From Stellaceae bacterium (GTDB taxonomy: Bacteria > Pseudomonadota > Alphaproteobacteria > ATCC43930 > CGMCC-115725), in contig DATMLO010000127.1 of the NCBI GenBank assembly GCA_035570495.1, positions 5,173 to 69,172 of the forward strand: a DNA stretch of 64,000 nucleotides, in the 5' to 3' direction. Positions 8,015-18,367 of the stretch are shown piece after piece. The position numbers were made by a program, and so were the translations under genes. How positions within the stretch are numbered: the stretch's first letter is position 1; each line of letters begins with the position of its first letter. Below the pieces are notes generated by a model that saw only the letters and a list, made by a program, of their open reading frames with translations, was not told the origin of the DNA and did no database searches.

Positions 8015-9009
8015 TGCCGGCGCCCCGATTGCAGGCGAATGCGCGGGTCGAGCGTCGCCAGCGCCAGATCGGAAATGAAGACGCCGATCACCGTCAAAAA
8101 GCTCATGAACATCAAGAACGAGCCGGCAAGATACATGTCCTGGCTGCGCAGCGCATCCAGCAGCATCGGCCCGGTCGTCGGCAGCGACATCACCACCGAG
8201 ACGATCACCGCACCCGAAATCACCTGCGGCAACAGCGAGCCGATATCGCTGATGAACGGGTTGAGCGCCATGCGCAGCGGGTATTTGAGCAGCACCTTCA
8301 ACGGGTGCAGCCCCTTGGCGCGGGCGGTTACGACATATTGCTTTTGCAGCTCGTCCAACAGGTTGGCGCGCAGCCGGCGGATCATGCTGGCGGTGCCGGC
8401 GGTGCCGATCACGATGACCGGAATCCAGATATGAGCGAGAACCGAGCCGGCCTTACCCATGCTCCACGACTGGTTCATGTAATTCGGGTCCATGAGCCCG
8501 CCCACCGAGATGCCAAACCACACATGGGCGAAGTAGACGAGCACCAGCGCCAGCAGAAAGCTCGGTGTCGCCAGGCCGAGAAAGCCGACGAAGGTGAGCA
8601 CGTAATCGCCGAGGCTGTATTGCCGCACCGCCGAATAGACGCCGATCGGAAACGCGACGACATAGGTGAAGATGATCGTCGCGACCGAGACGAGAAAGGT
8701 CAGCAGCAGACGGTCGCCGACCACCTTATTGACCGGCATGTCGTAGAGGAACGAATAGCCCATGTCGCCACGCAGGAGGCCGGTGACCCAGAGCAGATAC
8801 TGTTTCCACAGCGGCAGGTCGAAACCGTATTGCGCCTTGAGGAAGGCGATCTTTTGCAGGTCCGCATGCTCGCCCGAGCTTTGCAGCTGGGCGATATAGG
8901 TCGAGAAATAGTCGCCGGGCGGCAGGTGGATGATCGTGAAGATCGCGATGCTGATGACGATCAGCGTCGGGATCATGATGAGGATGCGGTGGACGATATA
9001 GCCGAGCAT
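8011..9009 (-). CDS. peptide/opine-type ABC transporter permease (YejB/DppB-like)
   Basis: The product begins MLGYIVHRILIMIPTLIVISIAIF and contains ...YVVTARAKGL..., both DppB/OppB-type hallmarks. The gene abuts the stop of the SBP gene. Confidence 0.9.
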   Translation of the reverse strand: MLGYIVHRILIMIPTLIVISIAIFTIIHLPPGDYFSTYIAQLQSSGEHADLQKIAFLKAQYGFDLPLWKQYLLWVTGLLRGDMGYSFLYDMPVNKVVGDRLLLTFLVSVATIIFTYVVAFPIGVYSAVRQYSLGDYVLTFVGFLGLATPSFLLALVLVYFAHVWFGISVGGLMDPNYMNQSWSMGKAGSVLAHIWIPVIVIGTAGTASMIRRLRANLLDELQKQYVVTARAKGLHPLKVLLKYPLRMALNPFISDIGSLLPQVISGAVIVSVVMSLPTTGPMLLDALRSQDMYLAGSFLMFMSFLTVIGVFISDLALATLDPRIRLQSGRRQ

Positions 9010-11013
9010 CTAGCGCTCCGCCGGAGTCGCTTGCGCGGTCGAGCCGCCGCCCGGCTCGGCAAACCAGAAGCCGTCGGGCTTGTAGATGCCGAATTGCGCG
9101 CCGGGGTCCCAGTTGAACATGCCGTCGGTCGGCACGTTGCGCAGCCGGTCGTTGACGACGACGGGCTGCAGCACGCCGGCGACGGTGCCCATCGAAAACA
9201 CCTGGTCGGACCAGATCGCCAGCATCTGGTGCCAGATCTTCTCCTGGTCGCCCGCATCGGTCGCGGCGAGCCATTGGTTGTAAAGATCGAGCAGCTGCTT
9301 TGCCTCCGGCAAGTCGGGCGGTTCACCCGATTGGCCCTTGGTCTCGACGTATTCGCCCCATTCTGGCCATTCGAGCTGTTGCTGGCTGGTCGGGGCGAAC
9401 TCGCTGGGCGACATCGCCGCGGTGGCGAGGCCATTCTCGATGCCCTTATCCATCGACATCAGCGCCTCACCGGAGAATACCCGGCGGCGGAACAGAGTGA
9501 GTTGCGCCGGCTTTGAATAAAGCTGGACGCCGATACGCCGCCAGGAATCGCGGATCAGCTCGAGAACATCGGATTTCTCGCTCGACTCGCCGGAATCCTC
9601 GACGGTGATCGCGCACGGACGGCCGTCGGGCAGCAGCCGCATGCCGTCGGCATCCTTTTTGGTGAGACCGACTTGATCGAGCAGCGCATTGGCCTGGTCG
9701 ATATCGTATTTGCTCCAGTCCGAACGATACGCGGTGCGGTAGAGCGGGCTTTGCGGCAGCACCGTGTTCTGCCCCTCGATCGCCAGCCCGAAATAGAGCG
9801 CCTGGTTGATCTCGTGCCGGTCGATCGCCAGCGACAGCGCGCGGCGGAAACGCACGTCGCGCATCAACGCGCGCCAGGCATCGTCATTGACGTTGAGATT
9901 GGGGTAAAGCGCGAGCTGGCTGCCCGGGCCGGTGCGCCACAGCCGCACGTGGTAGTCGCCGGCCGAGTCGCCGGCCTTGAGGAAGGTGTAATCGTCAAAG
10001 CGCAAATACCGCGCCTGCAGGTCGCTTTCGCCGGCGCCGGTCTTGGCCGGGATGATCTGCGAGTCGGCGATGGTGAAGACGACGCGGTCGAGATAGGGCA
10101 GCTGATGCCCCGCACCGTCGACCCGGTAGTAGTAAGGATTGCGCTCAAAGACGATGCGGTCGGCCGGGAGCTTGGTCTTGAGAACCCAAGGGTCGAGCGT
10201 CGGGAATTTCGGGTCGTCGTTCTTGTAGGGGACGTCTTTTTTGGCGTGAAGTGCCGCCCAATTGTGGGTGCCCGCATCCTTGACCATGTCGGCGAGCTTT
10301 TGCGGATCAGCGTATTTCTGGTGGAACTGCTTGAGGTAGTGCGCCGGCGCGTAGATGAAGAGCGGGTCCGGGCCGGCGAGCGCGGGCAGGAACAGCGGGT
10401 TCGGCTTGTCCCAGGTGAAGCGGACCGTCGTCTCGTCGAGGACCTCGAATTTTGGCGGCTGGCCATCGACCAGCATCTGCAGCGGCAGCCCAGATGGCGA
10501 CAGGTCGGAGTTGTTGGCGATGTCCTCGAACCAGTACCGGAAATCCTCGGAGGTGAAAGGCTGGCCATCGGACCATTTGTGACCCGGACGCAGATGCAGC
10601 GTGAAGATGCGCCCTTCCTGCTGATCGACGCCCAAGAGGATGTCGGGGACGATGGCGAGCCCCGGCGTGTAGTCGACCAGCCGCGCATAGCCGTAGACGA
10701 CCATGAGCCGGACATCCTTGGGGCTCGCCATCAGCATGCGCAGGTCGCCGCCCGGCTTGCCGAATCTCTCGAGCTCGGCAAGCGCCGGCTCTTTGGGGAT
10801 GCGCTGCACCACCGGCGGCAGCTTGCCGGCCGCCACGTCCTTGGCGAAAAACGGCGTCTCCTGCAGTGCGGCGTGGGCATCGCCGGCGGCGAGGGCCAAC
10901 GCGACAAGAGCCGCAATGAAGAGCAGAACCCTGCCCCTCACCCCAGCCCTCTCCCCGTAAACGGGGCGAGGGAGCGCGCCGATGCCGCGGCAGAGGGCGA
11001 AGACACACCTCAT
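9010..11013 (-). CDS. ABC transporter substrate-binding protein, family 5 (YejA-like)
   Basis: This is a large periplasmic SBP (TLHLRPGHKWSDGQPFTSEDFRYWFEDI). The ATG at 11013 overlaps the ATPase stop as ATGA. A GTG at 10941 would instead give a textbook signal peptide, MRGRVLLFIAALVALALAAGDAHA. The 764-aa ORF from 11304 overlaps the ATPase gene and I rejected it. Confidence 0.85.
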   Translation of the reverse strand: MRCVFALCRGIGALPRPVYGERAGVRGRVLLFIAALVALALAAGDAHAALQETPFFAKDVAAGKLPPVVQRIPKEPALAELERFGKPGGDLRMLMASPKDVRLMVVYGYARLVDYTPGLAIVPDILLGVDQQEGRIFTLHLRPGHKWSDGQPFTSEDFRYWFEDIANNSDLSPSGLPLQMLVDGQPPKFEVLDETTVRFTWDKPNPLFLPALAGPDPLFIYAPAHYLKQFHQKYADPQKLADMVKDAGTHNWAALHAKKDVPYKNDDPKFPTLDPWVLKTKLPADRIVFERNPYYYRVDGAGHQLPYLDRVVFTIADSQIIPAKTGAGESDLQARYLRFDDYTFLKAGDSAGDYHVRLWRTGPGSQLALYPNLNVNDDAWRALMRDVRFRRALSLAIDRHEINQALYFGLAIEGQNTVLPQSPLYRTAYRSDWSKYDIDQANALLDQVGLTKKDADGMRLLPDGRPCAITVEDSGESSEKSDVLELIRDSWRRIGVQLYSKPAQLTLFRRRVFSGEALMSMDKGIENGLATAAMSPSEFAPTSQQQLEWPEWGEYVETKGQSGEPPDLPEAKQLLDLYNQWLAATDAGDQEKIWHQMLAIWSDQVFSMGTVAGVLQPVVVNDRLRNVPTDGMFNWDPGAQFGIYKPDGFWFAEPGGGSTAQATPAER
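10934..10973. repeat. REP-like GC-rich element (CCTCACCC box plus CCCTCTCCCC..GGGGCGAGGG hairpin), copy R1
   Basis: The sequence is cccctcaccccagCCCTCTCCCCgtaaacGGGGCGAGGG. The same architecture recurs at 49936, 50852 and 54866. Confidence 0.7.
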
Positions 11014-12914
11014 TTGCCGGCCACCAGCTTCATCTCGCGATTGGCCATGATCGGCATCGCCGTCGCCTCGACAAAGTGATTGGGCGCGACCTCGATGAGT
11101 CGCGGTGGATTGTCCGGATGGCGGCAGAACGGCTCGGGCCAGGCCCGCGGATCGGAGGCCTTGTCCTCCATCAGCCGCTCGAAATCGAGGCGATGCGCGA
11201 GGTCCGGGGCCGGCACCGCGGCAAGAAGCGCCTGGGTGTAGGGATGCACGGGGTTGCGGAACAGCACGCCGCGGCCCGCGACCTCGACGATCCGCCCGGC
11301 ACACATCACCGCGACGCGGTCGGCGATGTAATCGACCACCGCCAGATTGTGCGAAATGAATAGATAAGTGAGGCCGAGCTTTTCTTTGAGGTCGATCAGC
11401 AGGTTCAGCACCTGAGCCTGGATCGACACGTCGAGCGCCGAGACCGGCTCGTCGCAGATCACCAGATCGGGACGCAGCGCCAGGGCGCGGGCGATGCCGA
11501 TGCGCTGGCGCTGGCCACCCGAGAAACTGTGCGGGTAGCGGCGCAGGTGGCGCGGGTCGAGCCCGACGAGATTGGCCAGCTCGGAAACGATCTCCCGGCG
11601 CGAGGCGGCATTGCCGATGCCGTGAATGACAAGCGGCTCGCCGATAATGTCGCCCACGGTCATCCGCGGGTTCAGCGAGCCGAACGGATCCTGAAAGATG
11701 AACTGCACCTTGCGGCGGAACTGCTTCAGGTCGTCGCCGTCGAGCGCCAGCACATCCCAGCTCTTGTCGCGATCGTTAAACACGACGCTGCCACTGTCAG
11801 GGCTCACCGCGCGTAACAACATCTTCGACAGCGTGGTCTTGCCGCAGCCGCTCTCGCCGACAAGCCCGAGGCACTCGCCGCGCGCGATGTCGAGGCTCAC
11901 CCCATCGACGGCGACGACACGGCCCGACGACGCGCCGCCGAAAATGCCCGAGCGGCGCAAGCCGTAGCTTTTCTTCAAGTCGACACACTCGAGCAGCGTG
12001 GCGGCGCCGCCCTTGGGCCAGGCTTCCTTGTCGGCCATCAGATAGGGCGCGTCGCCGGCCGGTATCTCGCGGATCGGCACGAGCCGCTCGCCCGGCTCCA
12101 TGTCAAAGCGTGGCACGGCGTTCAGCAACGCCTTTAGATAGGGATGCTCGGCATGGCGGAAGATGTCGTCGAGCGTGCCCGACTCCATGACCTCGCCGTG
12201 ATACATGACGACGATCTCCTCGGCGATGTTGGCGACGACGCCGAGATCATGGGTGATGAGCAGCACCGCCATATTCAATTCGTGCTGCAGCTCGACAACG
12301 AGCTTCAGAATCTGCGCCTGGATCGTGACATCGAGCGCGGTGGTCGGCTCGTCGAGGATCAGCAGCGCCGGGCGACAGACGAGCGCCATCGCGATCATCG
12401 CCCGCTGGCGCAAGCCGCCCGACAGCTCGAACGGGTAGCTGCGCCAGGCGCGCGCCGGGTCGGGAAAGCCGACGAGGCGCAGCATGTCGATGCCCAGTTC
12501 CTGCACCTCGCCGCCGGTGCATGCGCGGTGCAGGCTCAACGCCTCGCCAACCTGGTTGCCGACCGTGTGCAGCGGCGACAAGGAACTCATCGGCTCCTGG
12601 AAGACGATCGAAATGGCGCCGCCGCGCAGCGCGCGCATCTCCGAGCCGTCGGCGGCGAGCGCCGCGAGATCGACAGGGCCATGCCCGTTGCGCGGATCGT
12701 CGAACAGGATCTGGCCGCCGGCGATCTCGCCGTTGCGCGGCAGGATACGGAGGATCGCCTGGCTGACGGTCGACTTGCCCGAGCCCGACTCGCCGACGAT
12801 CGCCACGGTCGACCCACGGCCGATGCGGAACGACAGATTCTTGACGGCATCAATGTGGCCGCCCGGCGTCGCAAAGCGCACCGAGAGATCGCGGACCTGA
12901 AGCAGATCGTTCAT
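11010..12914 (-). CDS. ABC transporter ATP-binding protein with two fused ATPase domains (YejF-like)
   Basis: There are two Walker A motifs (GESGSGKST and GESGCGKTT), two signature motifs (LSGGLRQR and FSGGQRQR) and two Walker B motifs (LLILDEPT and LVICDEPV). Confidence 0.95.
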   Translation of the reverse strand: MNDLLQVRDLSVRFATPGGHIDAVKNLSFRIGRGSTVAIVGESGSGKSTVSQAILRILPRNGEIAGGQILFDDPRNGHGPVDLAALAADGSEMRALRGGAISIVFQEPMSSLSPLHTVGNQVGEALSLHRACTGGEVQELGIDMLRLVGFPDPARAWRSYPFELSGGLRQRAMIAMALVCRPALLILDEPTTALDVTIQAQILKLVVELQHELNMAVLLITHDLGVVANIAEEIVVMYHGEVMESGTLDDIFRHAEHPYLKALLNAVPRFDMEPGERLVPIREIPAGDAPYLMADKEAWPKGGAATLLECVDLKKSYGLRRSGIFGGASSGRVVAVDGVSLDIARGECLGLVGESGCGKTTLSKMLLRAVSPDSGSVVFNDRDKSWDVLALDGDDLKQFRRKVQFIFQDPFGSLNPRMTVGDIIGEPLVIHGIGNAASRREIVSELANLVGLDPRHLRRYPHSFSGGQRQRIGIARALALRPDLVICDEPVSALDVSIQAQVLNLLIDLKEKLGLTYLFISHNLAVVDYIADRVAVMCAGRIVEVAGRGVLFRNPVHPYTQALLAAVPAPDLAHRLDFERLMEDKASDPRAWPEPFCRHPDNPPRLIEVAPNHFVEATAMPIMANREMKLVAGK

Positions 12915-13429
12915 CGCGCCCTGATCCCGAGCGCCTGGAGGTTCGCGGCGGTCGCGTCGCTGAGCGCGAGACCACGCTCCGACGCGATGTCCGCCGCCTG
13001 GCGCGCCACCTGCTCAAAGCCGTCGAGCCGGCTATCGAGGCTCATCCGGGCGCGGCCGGCGCCAAGCTGCAGCTGCATCCAGCCGCTCTTGCGGTCGCGC
13101 CGCGTCGAGTAGTAAGCGAGCTTCATGCGGTCGAGTTCGGACCAGGGAATCACCGTGTGCCGCCAGCCGCTCGTGCGCAGGCCGTTATCGTCCATTTCGA
13201 GGCTGGTGCCATGGCGCAGCGCGGTGCGAATCGCGAAGACGCCAAAGATCGCGGCGAACCCGCCCAGCACGACGGTCGCGACATCGCCGAGCGAGACGGT
13301 GGCGAGGATGAACAATGTCGGAGCGAGCCCCGCCGCGGCGCGCAGATAATCGCCAACCATCGCCGAGGCGGGATAGCTGAAGCGCGTTGCATCGGAGGGA
13401 AGCGCGCCCGTGGCGTCGAGCTGGGTCAT
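12911..13429 (-). CDS. hypothetical membrane protein (two predicted TM helices plus a soluble C-terminal domain)
   Basis: Hydrophobic stretches are APTLFILATVSL and VVLGGFAAIFGVFAI. It has 4-nt overlaps with both neighbouring genes. Confidence 0.6.
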   Translation of the reverse strand: MTQLDATGALPSDATRFSYPASAMVGDYLRAAAGLAPTLFILATVSLGDVATVVLGGFAAIFGVFAIRTALRHGTSLEMDDNGLRTSGWRHTVIPWSELDRMKLAYYSTRRDRKSGWMQLQLGAGRARMSLDSRLDGFEQVARQAADIASERGLALSDATAANLQALGIRAR

Positions 13430-14211
13430 GGCGCCAGCTCGCGGATATCGACCCAGAGCGCCGCCGCATGCGTCGCGACGACCTCACCGAGCCGGGCGAG
13501 GAAGTCCTCGGTCCGGTCGTCCATCACCAGATGGTGCGTCAAAAGTCCGACCGCGCCCAATTTATCCTGATACCGCGCGCCGTGGCGTTGCGCGCGCAAC
13601 TCGCCGACCAGCCGGCCGAGCGCCGGGGCGTCGCCGACAAAGCGGCGACCCTCATGCCAATCGACGACGTCGAGATGCACATCGATGGCGGCAATTCCCC
13701 CCGTGAGCGGCGATTTGCGCGGCGCCATCTGCGAGATCGCGACAAATCCGGCCTCCCCCAGCAGGGGTACGAAGCGCTTGGCGAAGCGGTTCCACGGCGG
13801 CACGAACACCTTAAGCGCCCGCTCACCGAACAGCGCACGCATCTGCTTGCGGCCCTCGTCGAGCTCATCGGCGACATCGACCGGATGCCGCTCGGCCGGG
13901 TACTCGCTCTTCTTGCCGGCAGTCGCGTGGTTAGCGTGGCACCAGCCATGGTGCAGCACACTGACCTGCGGATAGAAGCCGAGCGTGGCGGCAAGCTCGC
14001 GCTTCGCATCGGCCGGGATCACCGCCAGCGCAAGCGGCGCCGGGCCGGCCAGCGTCAGCAATCGGTCAAGCTGAGGGGTCGGCGCCACGGCATCATCGTC
14101 GCGCCACCAGAGCTGCGCGACCAACCCGGCTTCCTCCCAGCGATCCAGCTCCGCGACCAGATCGCCCCATTCGGCGCTGTTCGCCGCTGCGACCCGCGGC
14201 AGATAACTCAT
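13426..14211 (-). CDS. polysaccharide deacetylase-like protein
   Basis: LWWRDDDA, VLHHGWCHANH and VPPWNRF are motifs I associate with a conserved alphaproteobacterial family annotated as polysaccharide deacetylase. Confidence 0.6.
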   Translation of the reverse strand: MSYLPRVAAANSAEWGDLVAELDRWEEAGLVAQLWWRDDDAVAPTPQLDRLLTLAGPAPLALAVIPADAKRELAATLGFYPQVSVLHHGWCHANHATAGKKSEYPAERHPVDVADELDEGRKQMRALFGERALKVFVPPWNRFAKRFVPLLGEAGFVAISQMAPRKSPLTGGIAAIDVHLDVVDWHEGRRFVGDAPALGRLVGELRAQRHGARYQDKLGAVGLLTHHLVMDDRTEDFLARLGEVVATHAAALWVDIRELAP

Positions 14212-14260
14212 CGTCCGATGATACCGCCGTCAGCGCCGGCAAAGAAGCCTTGGCGGGTGA

Positions 14261-15403
14261 TCATTTCGCGAGCAGTCCGGCGATCAGCTCCGCCGAGCGG
14301 CGCGCACCGTCGATATTCAGCGGAATGGAGGCCGGCTCGAACGATGCGGCGCGCTCGATGGCGACGGCGAGTGAGGCGGCGGAAAGCTCGCTTTCATGCA
14401 GCACTACCGCCGCGTCGCGCGCAGCCAGACGCTCGGCGCGGATCGCCTGCTCGGTCTCGCGTTCGGCGGCAAACGGCACCAGCACGGCCCTCGCTTTCGC
14501 GGCAAGAATATCCAAGACAGTGTTGTAACCGGCTTGGCTGACCGAGACATGACAAGATCGCAGCAGCGAAGGGAAGTCGCGGCGGAAGCGCTCGACGACA
14601 ACGCCAGCGGGGGCGGCGTCACGGATCGCCTGCAACTCGGAATCGGAGGGGCCGGTGCCGGCGAGGATGCGCCAGCCTTTGTCCGCGAGACAGCCCTGCC
14701 GGCGCGCCTCGATCGCGGCGTGGAGCAGGATGCGGCCGGCTTCGCCGCCGCCGCCGACGGAGATCAGCACTTCCCCGGTAGGCGCGCCGGCCGCGGCGGG
14801 CGGCGGCGCGGGGTTCGCGACGTAGCCGGTGTAATGCAGCCGGTCGGCGATCTCCGAGGCGGCCGGGAAGGCCGCGTCGAACGGGATGAAACCGGCGTCG
14901 CCATGCACGAGCACGGCGGCAAAATCGGCGCGCACGCGAGCGGCGATCGACGCGAGCCGGTCCGGATCGGCGCGGACCGTCGGGATGTCGCGCACCGAGC
15001 AGACGACCGGCGCCCCGGCGGTCCGCGCCGCGGCGATCAGCGGGTCGAGCTCGAAACGAAAGGCGCGGCGGGCAAACGGAAAACCCTCGATGACCACGGC
15101 GTCGGGCCGCGCCGCAACAAAGGCGGCGAGCAGCGCCTCGCGGCGCGTCTCGCGCAAAGCGTCGCTGACCGGCGCGCCCGTTTCGTCGACCAGCGCGAAG
15201 GTCGCATCGCGCGAGCGGATCGGCGGAAGCTGGACGATGTCGATGCCGCGCGCACCGGTGACTTCCGGGAGCGGTGGCCCGCCCTGCACCAGGGTCACTT
15301 GGATGCCGGCATCGACCAACGCCTCGGCGATGCGCAGCGAGCGCTGCAGATGGCCGATACCGAGCAGATGCTGGACATGAAACAGGACACGCCGCGCCAT
15401 CAC
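14261..15403 (-). CDS. GT-B fold glycosyltransferase (MurG/GT28-like N-terminus)
   Basis: The N-terminus is VLFHVQHLLGIGHLQRSLRIAEAL. It is a paralogue of the 18364-19590 product. The GTG at 15403 overlaps the upstream stop. Confidence 0.75.
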   Translation of the reverse strand: MMARRVLFHVQHLLGIGHLQRSLRIAEALVDAGIQVTLVQGGPPLPEVTGARGIDIVQLPPIRSRDATFALVDETGAPVSDALRETRREALLAAFVAARPDAVVIEGFPFARRAFRFELDPLIAAARTAGAPVVCSVRDIPTVRADPDRLASIAARVRADFAAVLVHGDAGFIPFDAAFPAASEIADRLHYTGYVANPAPPPAAAGAPTGEVLISVGGGGEAGRILLHAAIEARRQGCLADKGWRILAGTGPSDSELQAIRDAAPAGVVVERFRRDFPSLLRSCHVSVSQAGYNTVLDILAAKARAVLVPFAAERETEQAIRAERLAARDAAVVLHESELSAASLAVAIERAASFEPASIPLNIDGARRSAELIAGLLAK

Positions 15404-15972
15404 GCCGCCAGCGGCAGGTTGAGCCGTTCGATCGTCGGATGGCCGCCGGGGTCGAGGCGGAACAGATGCGCGGACGACCAGTCGAGGCGATGGGGCGGCT
15501 TGCCGAGCATGTTCCAGCCGGTCGCCAGCGCGAACACCGCGCGGATCACACCTTTATGGGTGACCGCAGCCGTCGGCGCCCCGGCAGCGGCGATCTCGGC
15601 GAGCAGCGGCGCGACCCGTGCCTGAATATCGCGCGGACTTTCGCCGCCAGGCGCCCGAAAATCGAGTCCCTGCGCCTCGAGCTCGTCGATATCGGCAAAG
15701 GTCGAGCGTAGATCGCGCAGCGTAAAACCTTCCCATTCGCCCCAGGTCATCTCGGTGAGGCGCGGGTCAGGTTGCGGCTCAACACCCAACAGCGCGGCCG
15801 TGTCGCGCGCGCGGCGCAGCGGGCTCGACAGGAAGCGATAGCCGGCGAGCTCGGGCGGCAGACGCCAATCGGGACGCGCGGCGGGATCGAGCGGCGTGTC
15901 GCGCCGGCCCTGCAGCCGGCCCTCGCGGTTCCATACTGTCGGCATATGGCGGATGAGCGCGAGGCTCGTCAC
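15400..15972 (-). CDS. histidine phosphatase (phosphoglycerate mutase-like) family protein
   Basis: LALIRHMPTVWNREGRLQGRRDTPL is a variant of the RHG motif. GTGA overlaps the upstream stop. Confidence 0.8.
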   Translation of the reverse strand: MTSLALIRHMPTVWNREGRLQGRRDTPLDPAARPDWRLPPELAGYRFLSSPLRRARDTAALLGVEPQPDPRLTEMTWGEWEGFTLRDLRSTFADIDELEAQGLDFRAPGGESPRDIQARVAPLLAEIAAAGAPTAAVTHKGVIRAVFALATGWNMLGKPPHRLDWSSAHLFRLDPGGHPTIERLNLPLAA

Positions 15973-17075
15973 GCGGCGTGCGCCCGGTTCAGCGCCGCAA
16001 TGAGGTCCGCAAGGCGCGCGGCCGCGGCCGGCAGATCGTGCTCGCGACGCACCTTGTCGCGCGCGGCCTCGCCCATCGCCGCAACGCGCGCCGGGTCCGC
16101 GAGCAGCGTGCGCAACGCAGCGGCAAAAGCGTCGGCGTCGCCCGGCGGCGCGAGCAGGCCAGAAACGCCGTGGGCGACGATGTCGCCGACCCCGCCGCTG
16201 GATCCGGCAACGACCGGCAGGCCGCTCGCCTGCGCCTCAAGCAGCGCCATGCCAAAGGCTTCGTTGATCGCCGGCCAGACGAAGATGTCGGCCTCCGCCA
16301 GGCGCTCAGCGATCTGAGGCTCGGCCAGCGCGCCGGCATAGGCGACCCGTTGCCCGAGCGGCGCCAGGGCCGCATGAACCTCGGCACGCGCCGGGCCGTC
16401 GCCGACGACATCGAGCGACCAGTCGAGATCGGTGAGCTTCCCGAGAGCCTCGCCCAGCACACGGTAGGAGGCGAGCTTATCGCCCGGCCGCATCATCGCC
16501 ACGGTAATGAGGCGGGCTGGGCCATTCGCTGTTTCACGCGACAGGCCGTAGGCACTCGCGTCCAGGAACGGCGGCAGCGTGGCGAAGCGGTCGGGGTGCG
16601 AGAGCAGCGGCAACACGCCCTCGCGGTCGGCGGTATTGAGACCGATCAACAGGTCGGCGCTACGCAACGCCGCCTCGACTGCCTGGTGGCCGATATCCCA
16701 CGGGCCGCCGCCGCGCTTTGGCGCGAACGACGCCTCGGCGACGACATAGGGGATGCCGAGCGCCGCCGACACGGCGGGCCCGAGCCAATCCGGCGCCTTG
16801 TAATAAAGGTGATAGGTGAACCACAGGCCGGGGGCGCTGTCGGGCCGCGCGCGCCAGCGGGCGATCAGTCGTTCGGCCGCCTGGCGGCCATGCGCCGCGA
16901 TCTTCTTCTGACGAAACGCGCGGCCGATCGGATCAAAGCTGCGCAGATGCGAGGCGAGAACCGGCTCGTGGCCGGCGAGCCGCAGCGCGTCGATCAGCAG
17001 ACGCGCGACCCGGCGATCGCCCGAAGGCGTCTCATGGTCGGGAGGTTTCAGGGGCGCGTAGAACGCGATGCGCAT
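15969..17075 (-). CDS. glycosyltransferase family 4
   Basis: The product starts MRIAFYAPLKPPDHETPSGD and has a C-terminal GT1/GT4 domain with EAFGMALLEAQASGLPVV. I preferred the start at ATG 17075 over 17144. Confidence 0.85.
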   Translation of the reverse strand: MRIAFYAPLKPPDHETPSGDRRVARLLIDALRLAGHEPVLASHLRSFDPIGRAFRQKKIAAHGRQAAERLIARWRARPDSAPGLWFTYHLYYKAPDWLGPAVSAALGIPYVVAEASFAPKRGGGPWDIGHQAVEAALRSADLLIGLNTADREGVLPLLSHPDRFATLPPFLDASAYGLSRETANGPARLITVAMMRPGDKLASYRVLGEALGKLTDLDWSLDVVGDGPARAEVHAALAPLGQRVAYAGALAEPQIAERLAEADIFVWPAINEAFGMALLEAQASGLPVVAGSSGGVGDIVAHGVSGLLAPPGDADAFAAALRTLLADPARVAAMGEAARDKVRREHDLPAAAARLADLIAALNRAHAA

Positions 17076-17098
17076 GATACGCGGCGGCCGCCCGTCTC

Positions 17099-18367
17099 TT
17101 ACTCGGCGGCGCGAGCCGGGGTCGCGAGCCCCAACCCGAACCACGTCGCCAGCTCGTCAAGCGTGCGCGAGGCGGCAAAGCCGTGACGAACCCGCGTTTC
17201 CGCCGCTCCGCCGAGCGACGCGCGCAAATCCGGATCGGCGATCAGCCGCACCAACGCCGCGGCCAGCTTTGCCGGGTCACCGGGCGGCACCAGACAGCCG
17301 GTCGCATCGTCTTCGACCAGCTCGGCGATGCCGGGTAGCTGGGTAGCGACGCAGGCGAGATGCTGGCTCTGCGCCTCGACCAACACATTGGGTAGACCGT
17401 CGCGGTCGCCGTCCGACGCCACCTTGGCGGCGAGCACGAAGAGTTCGACCTCGCGATAGGCGGCCAGCACCTCGGGTTGCGGTCGGGCGCCACGCCACTC
17501 AATGCGGTCGGCGAGACCCAGCCGGGCCGCTTCTTCCTTGAGGCTTTTCGTCAAAGCGCCGCCGCCGATATGGACGAGCCGCCAGGCGAGCTCCCTTGGC
17601 AGCAAGGCCAGCGCCGCGAGCAGGTCGTCATAGCCCTTTTTCGGCACCGCCCGGCCGACCGAGAGCAGCACCACCGGGTTTGCCGGGTCGCTGCCATCGG
17701 CGCGCGAGGCGCGGCGCGGCGCGGGTGGGAAACGGTCGAGATCGAGTCCGTGATAGCTCAGCGCCAGCCGCTCGGGCTCGCGCGCCAGCGCGGCGAGGTG
17801 CGCGTGGCCGGAGGCGGTGCAGGTGACCGCCCAATCCGCCTCGGCGAGCTTTTCGCGCTTCTCCCAATCGGGCGTCGTCCAGATGTCCTTGGCGTGCGCC
17901 GAAAAGCTCCACGCGAGCCCCGTCATCATTGCCGCGTAGCGCGTGACCGAGGCCGGCGTATGGAGGAAATGCGCGTGCAGCCAGTCGATGTCGGGCGGCA
18001 GCTCGGCCGCGAGCACCAGCGCCTGGCCAAAGCGGCGGATGCGGTTTGGCGTCCGGTCGCGCCACAGATCGGCGAGCCAGGCGCGCCGCGTCGCGCGATA
18101 GCCGAGCAGACGCCGCGCACGGCGCCAGCCACGCCAGACGCGCAGTGGCTCCTGATAGAGGTATTCGGGCAAATAGAGGCGCTCGGCGGCGATCTCGCGA
18201 TGCACCGGATGGATCGCCTTGTCGGTCGGATGACGGAGCGAGACGATCAGAATATCGAGGCCGCGCTGCTCGAGGCCGCGTATCTCCTCGGCGATAAAGG
18301 TTTCCGACAGCCGCGGATAACCCTTAAGGACAAAAGCGACCCGCCCGCGCCCGCCGCTCGGCCTCAT
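17099..18367 (-). CDS. glycosyltransferase family 4 (WcaL-like)
   Basis: The product contains VAFVLKGYPRLSETFIAEEI and ...DGLPNVLVEAQSQHLACVA. The ATG at 18367 forms an ATGA overlap with the upstream stop. Confidence 0.85.
   Translation of the reverse strand: MRPSGGRGRVAFVLKGYPRLSETFIAEEIRGLEQRGLDILIVSLRHPTDKAIHPVHREIAAERLYLPEYLYQEPLRVWRGWRRARRLLGYRATRRAWLADLWRDRTPNRIRRFGQALVLAAELPPDIDWLHAHFLHTPASVTRYAAMMTGLAWSFSAHAKDIWTTPDWEKREKLAEADWAVTCTASGHAHLAALAREPERLALSYHGLDLDRFPPAPRRASRADGSDPANPVVLLSVGRAVPKKGYDDLLAALALLPRELAWRLVHIGGGALTKSLKEEAARLGLADRIEWRGARPQPEVLAAYREVELFVLAAKVASDGDRDGLPNVLVEAQSQHLACVATQLPGIAELVEDDATGCLVPPGDPAKLAAALVRLIADPDLRASLGGAAETRVRHGFAASRTLDELATWFGLGLATPARAAE

Noticed and set aside
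8014-9516. A 500-aa plus-strand ORF, together with similar long ORFs at 9673-11079 (+), 12144-13112 (+), 14396-15625 (+), 15978-17186 (+), 17477-18682 (+) and 61140-62918 (+).
   Set aside because: All lie antisense to genes with clear motif support. Their translations are dominated by Arg, Ala, Gly, Asp and His runs with no recognisable domains. These are the usual open antisense frames of high-GC DNA.
9010-11304. The full 764-aa version of the substrate-binding protein ORF.
   Set aside because: Its first 97 codons overlap the 3' end of the ATPase gene in another frame and translate to Arg/Gly/Pro-rich sequence. The ATG at 11013 or the GTG at 10941 gives sensible N-termini.
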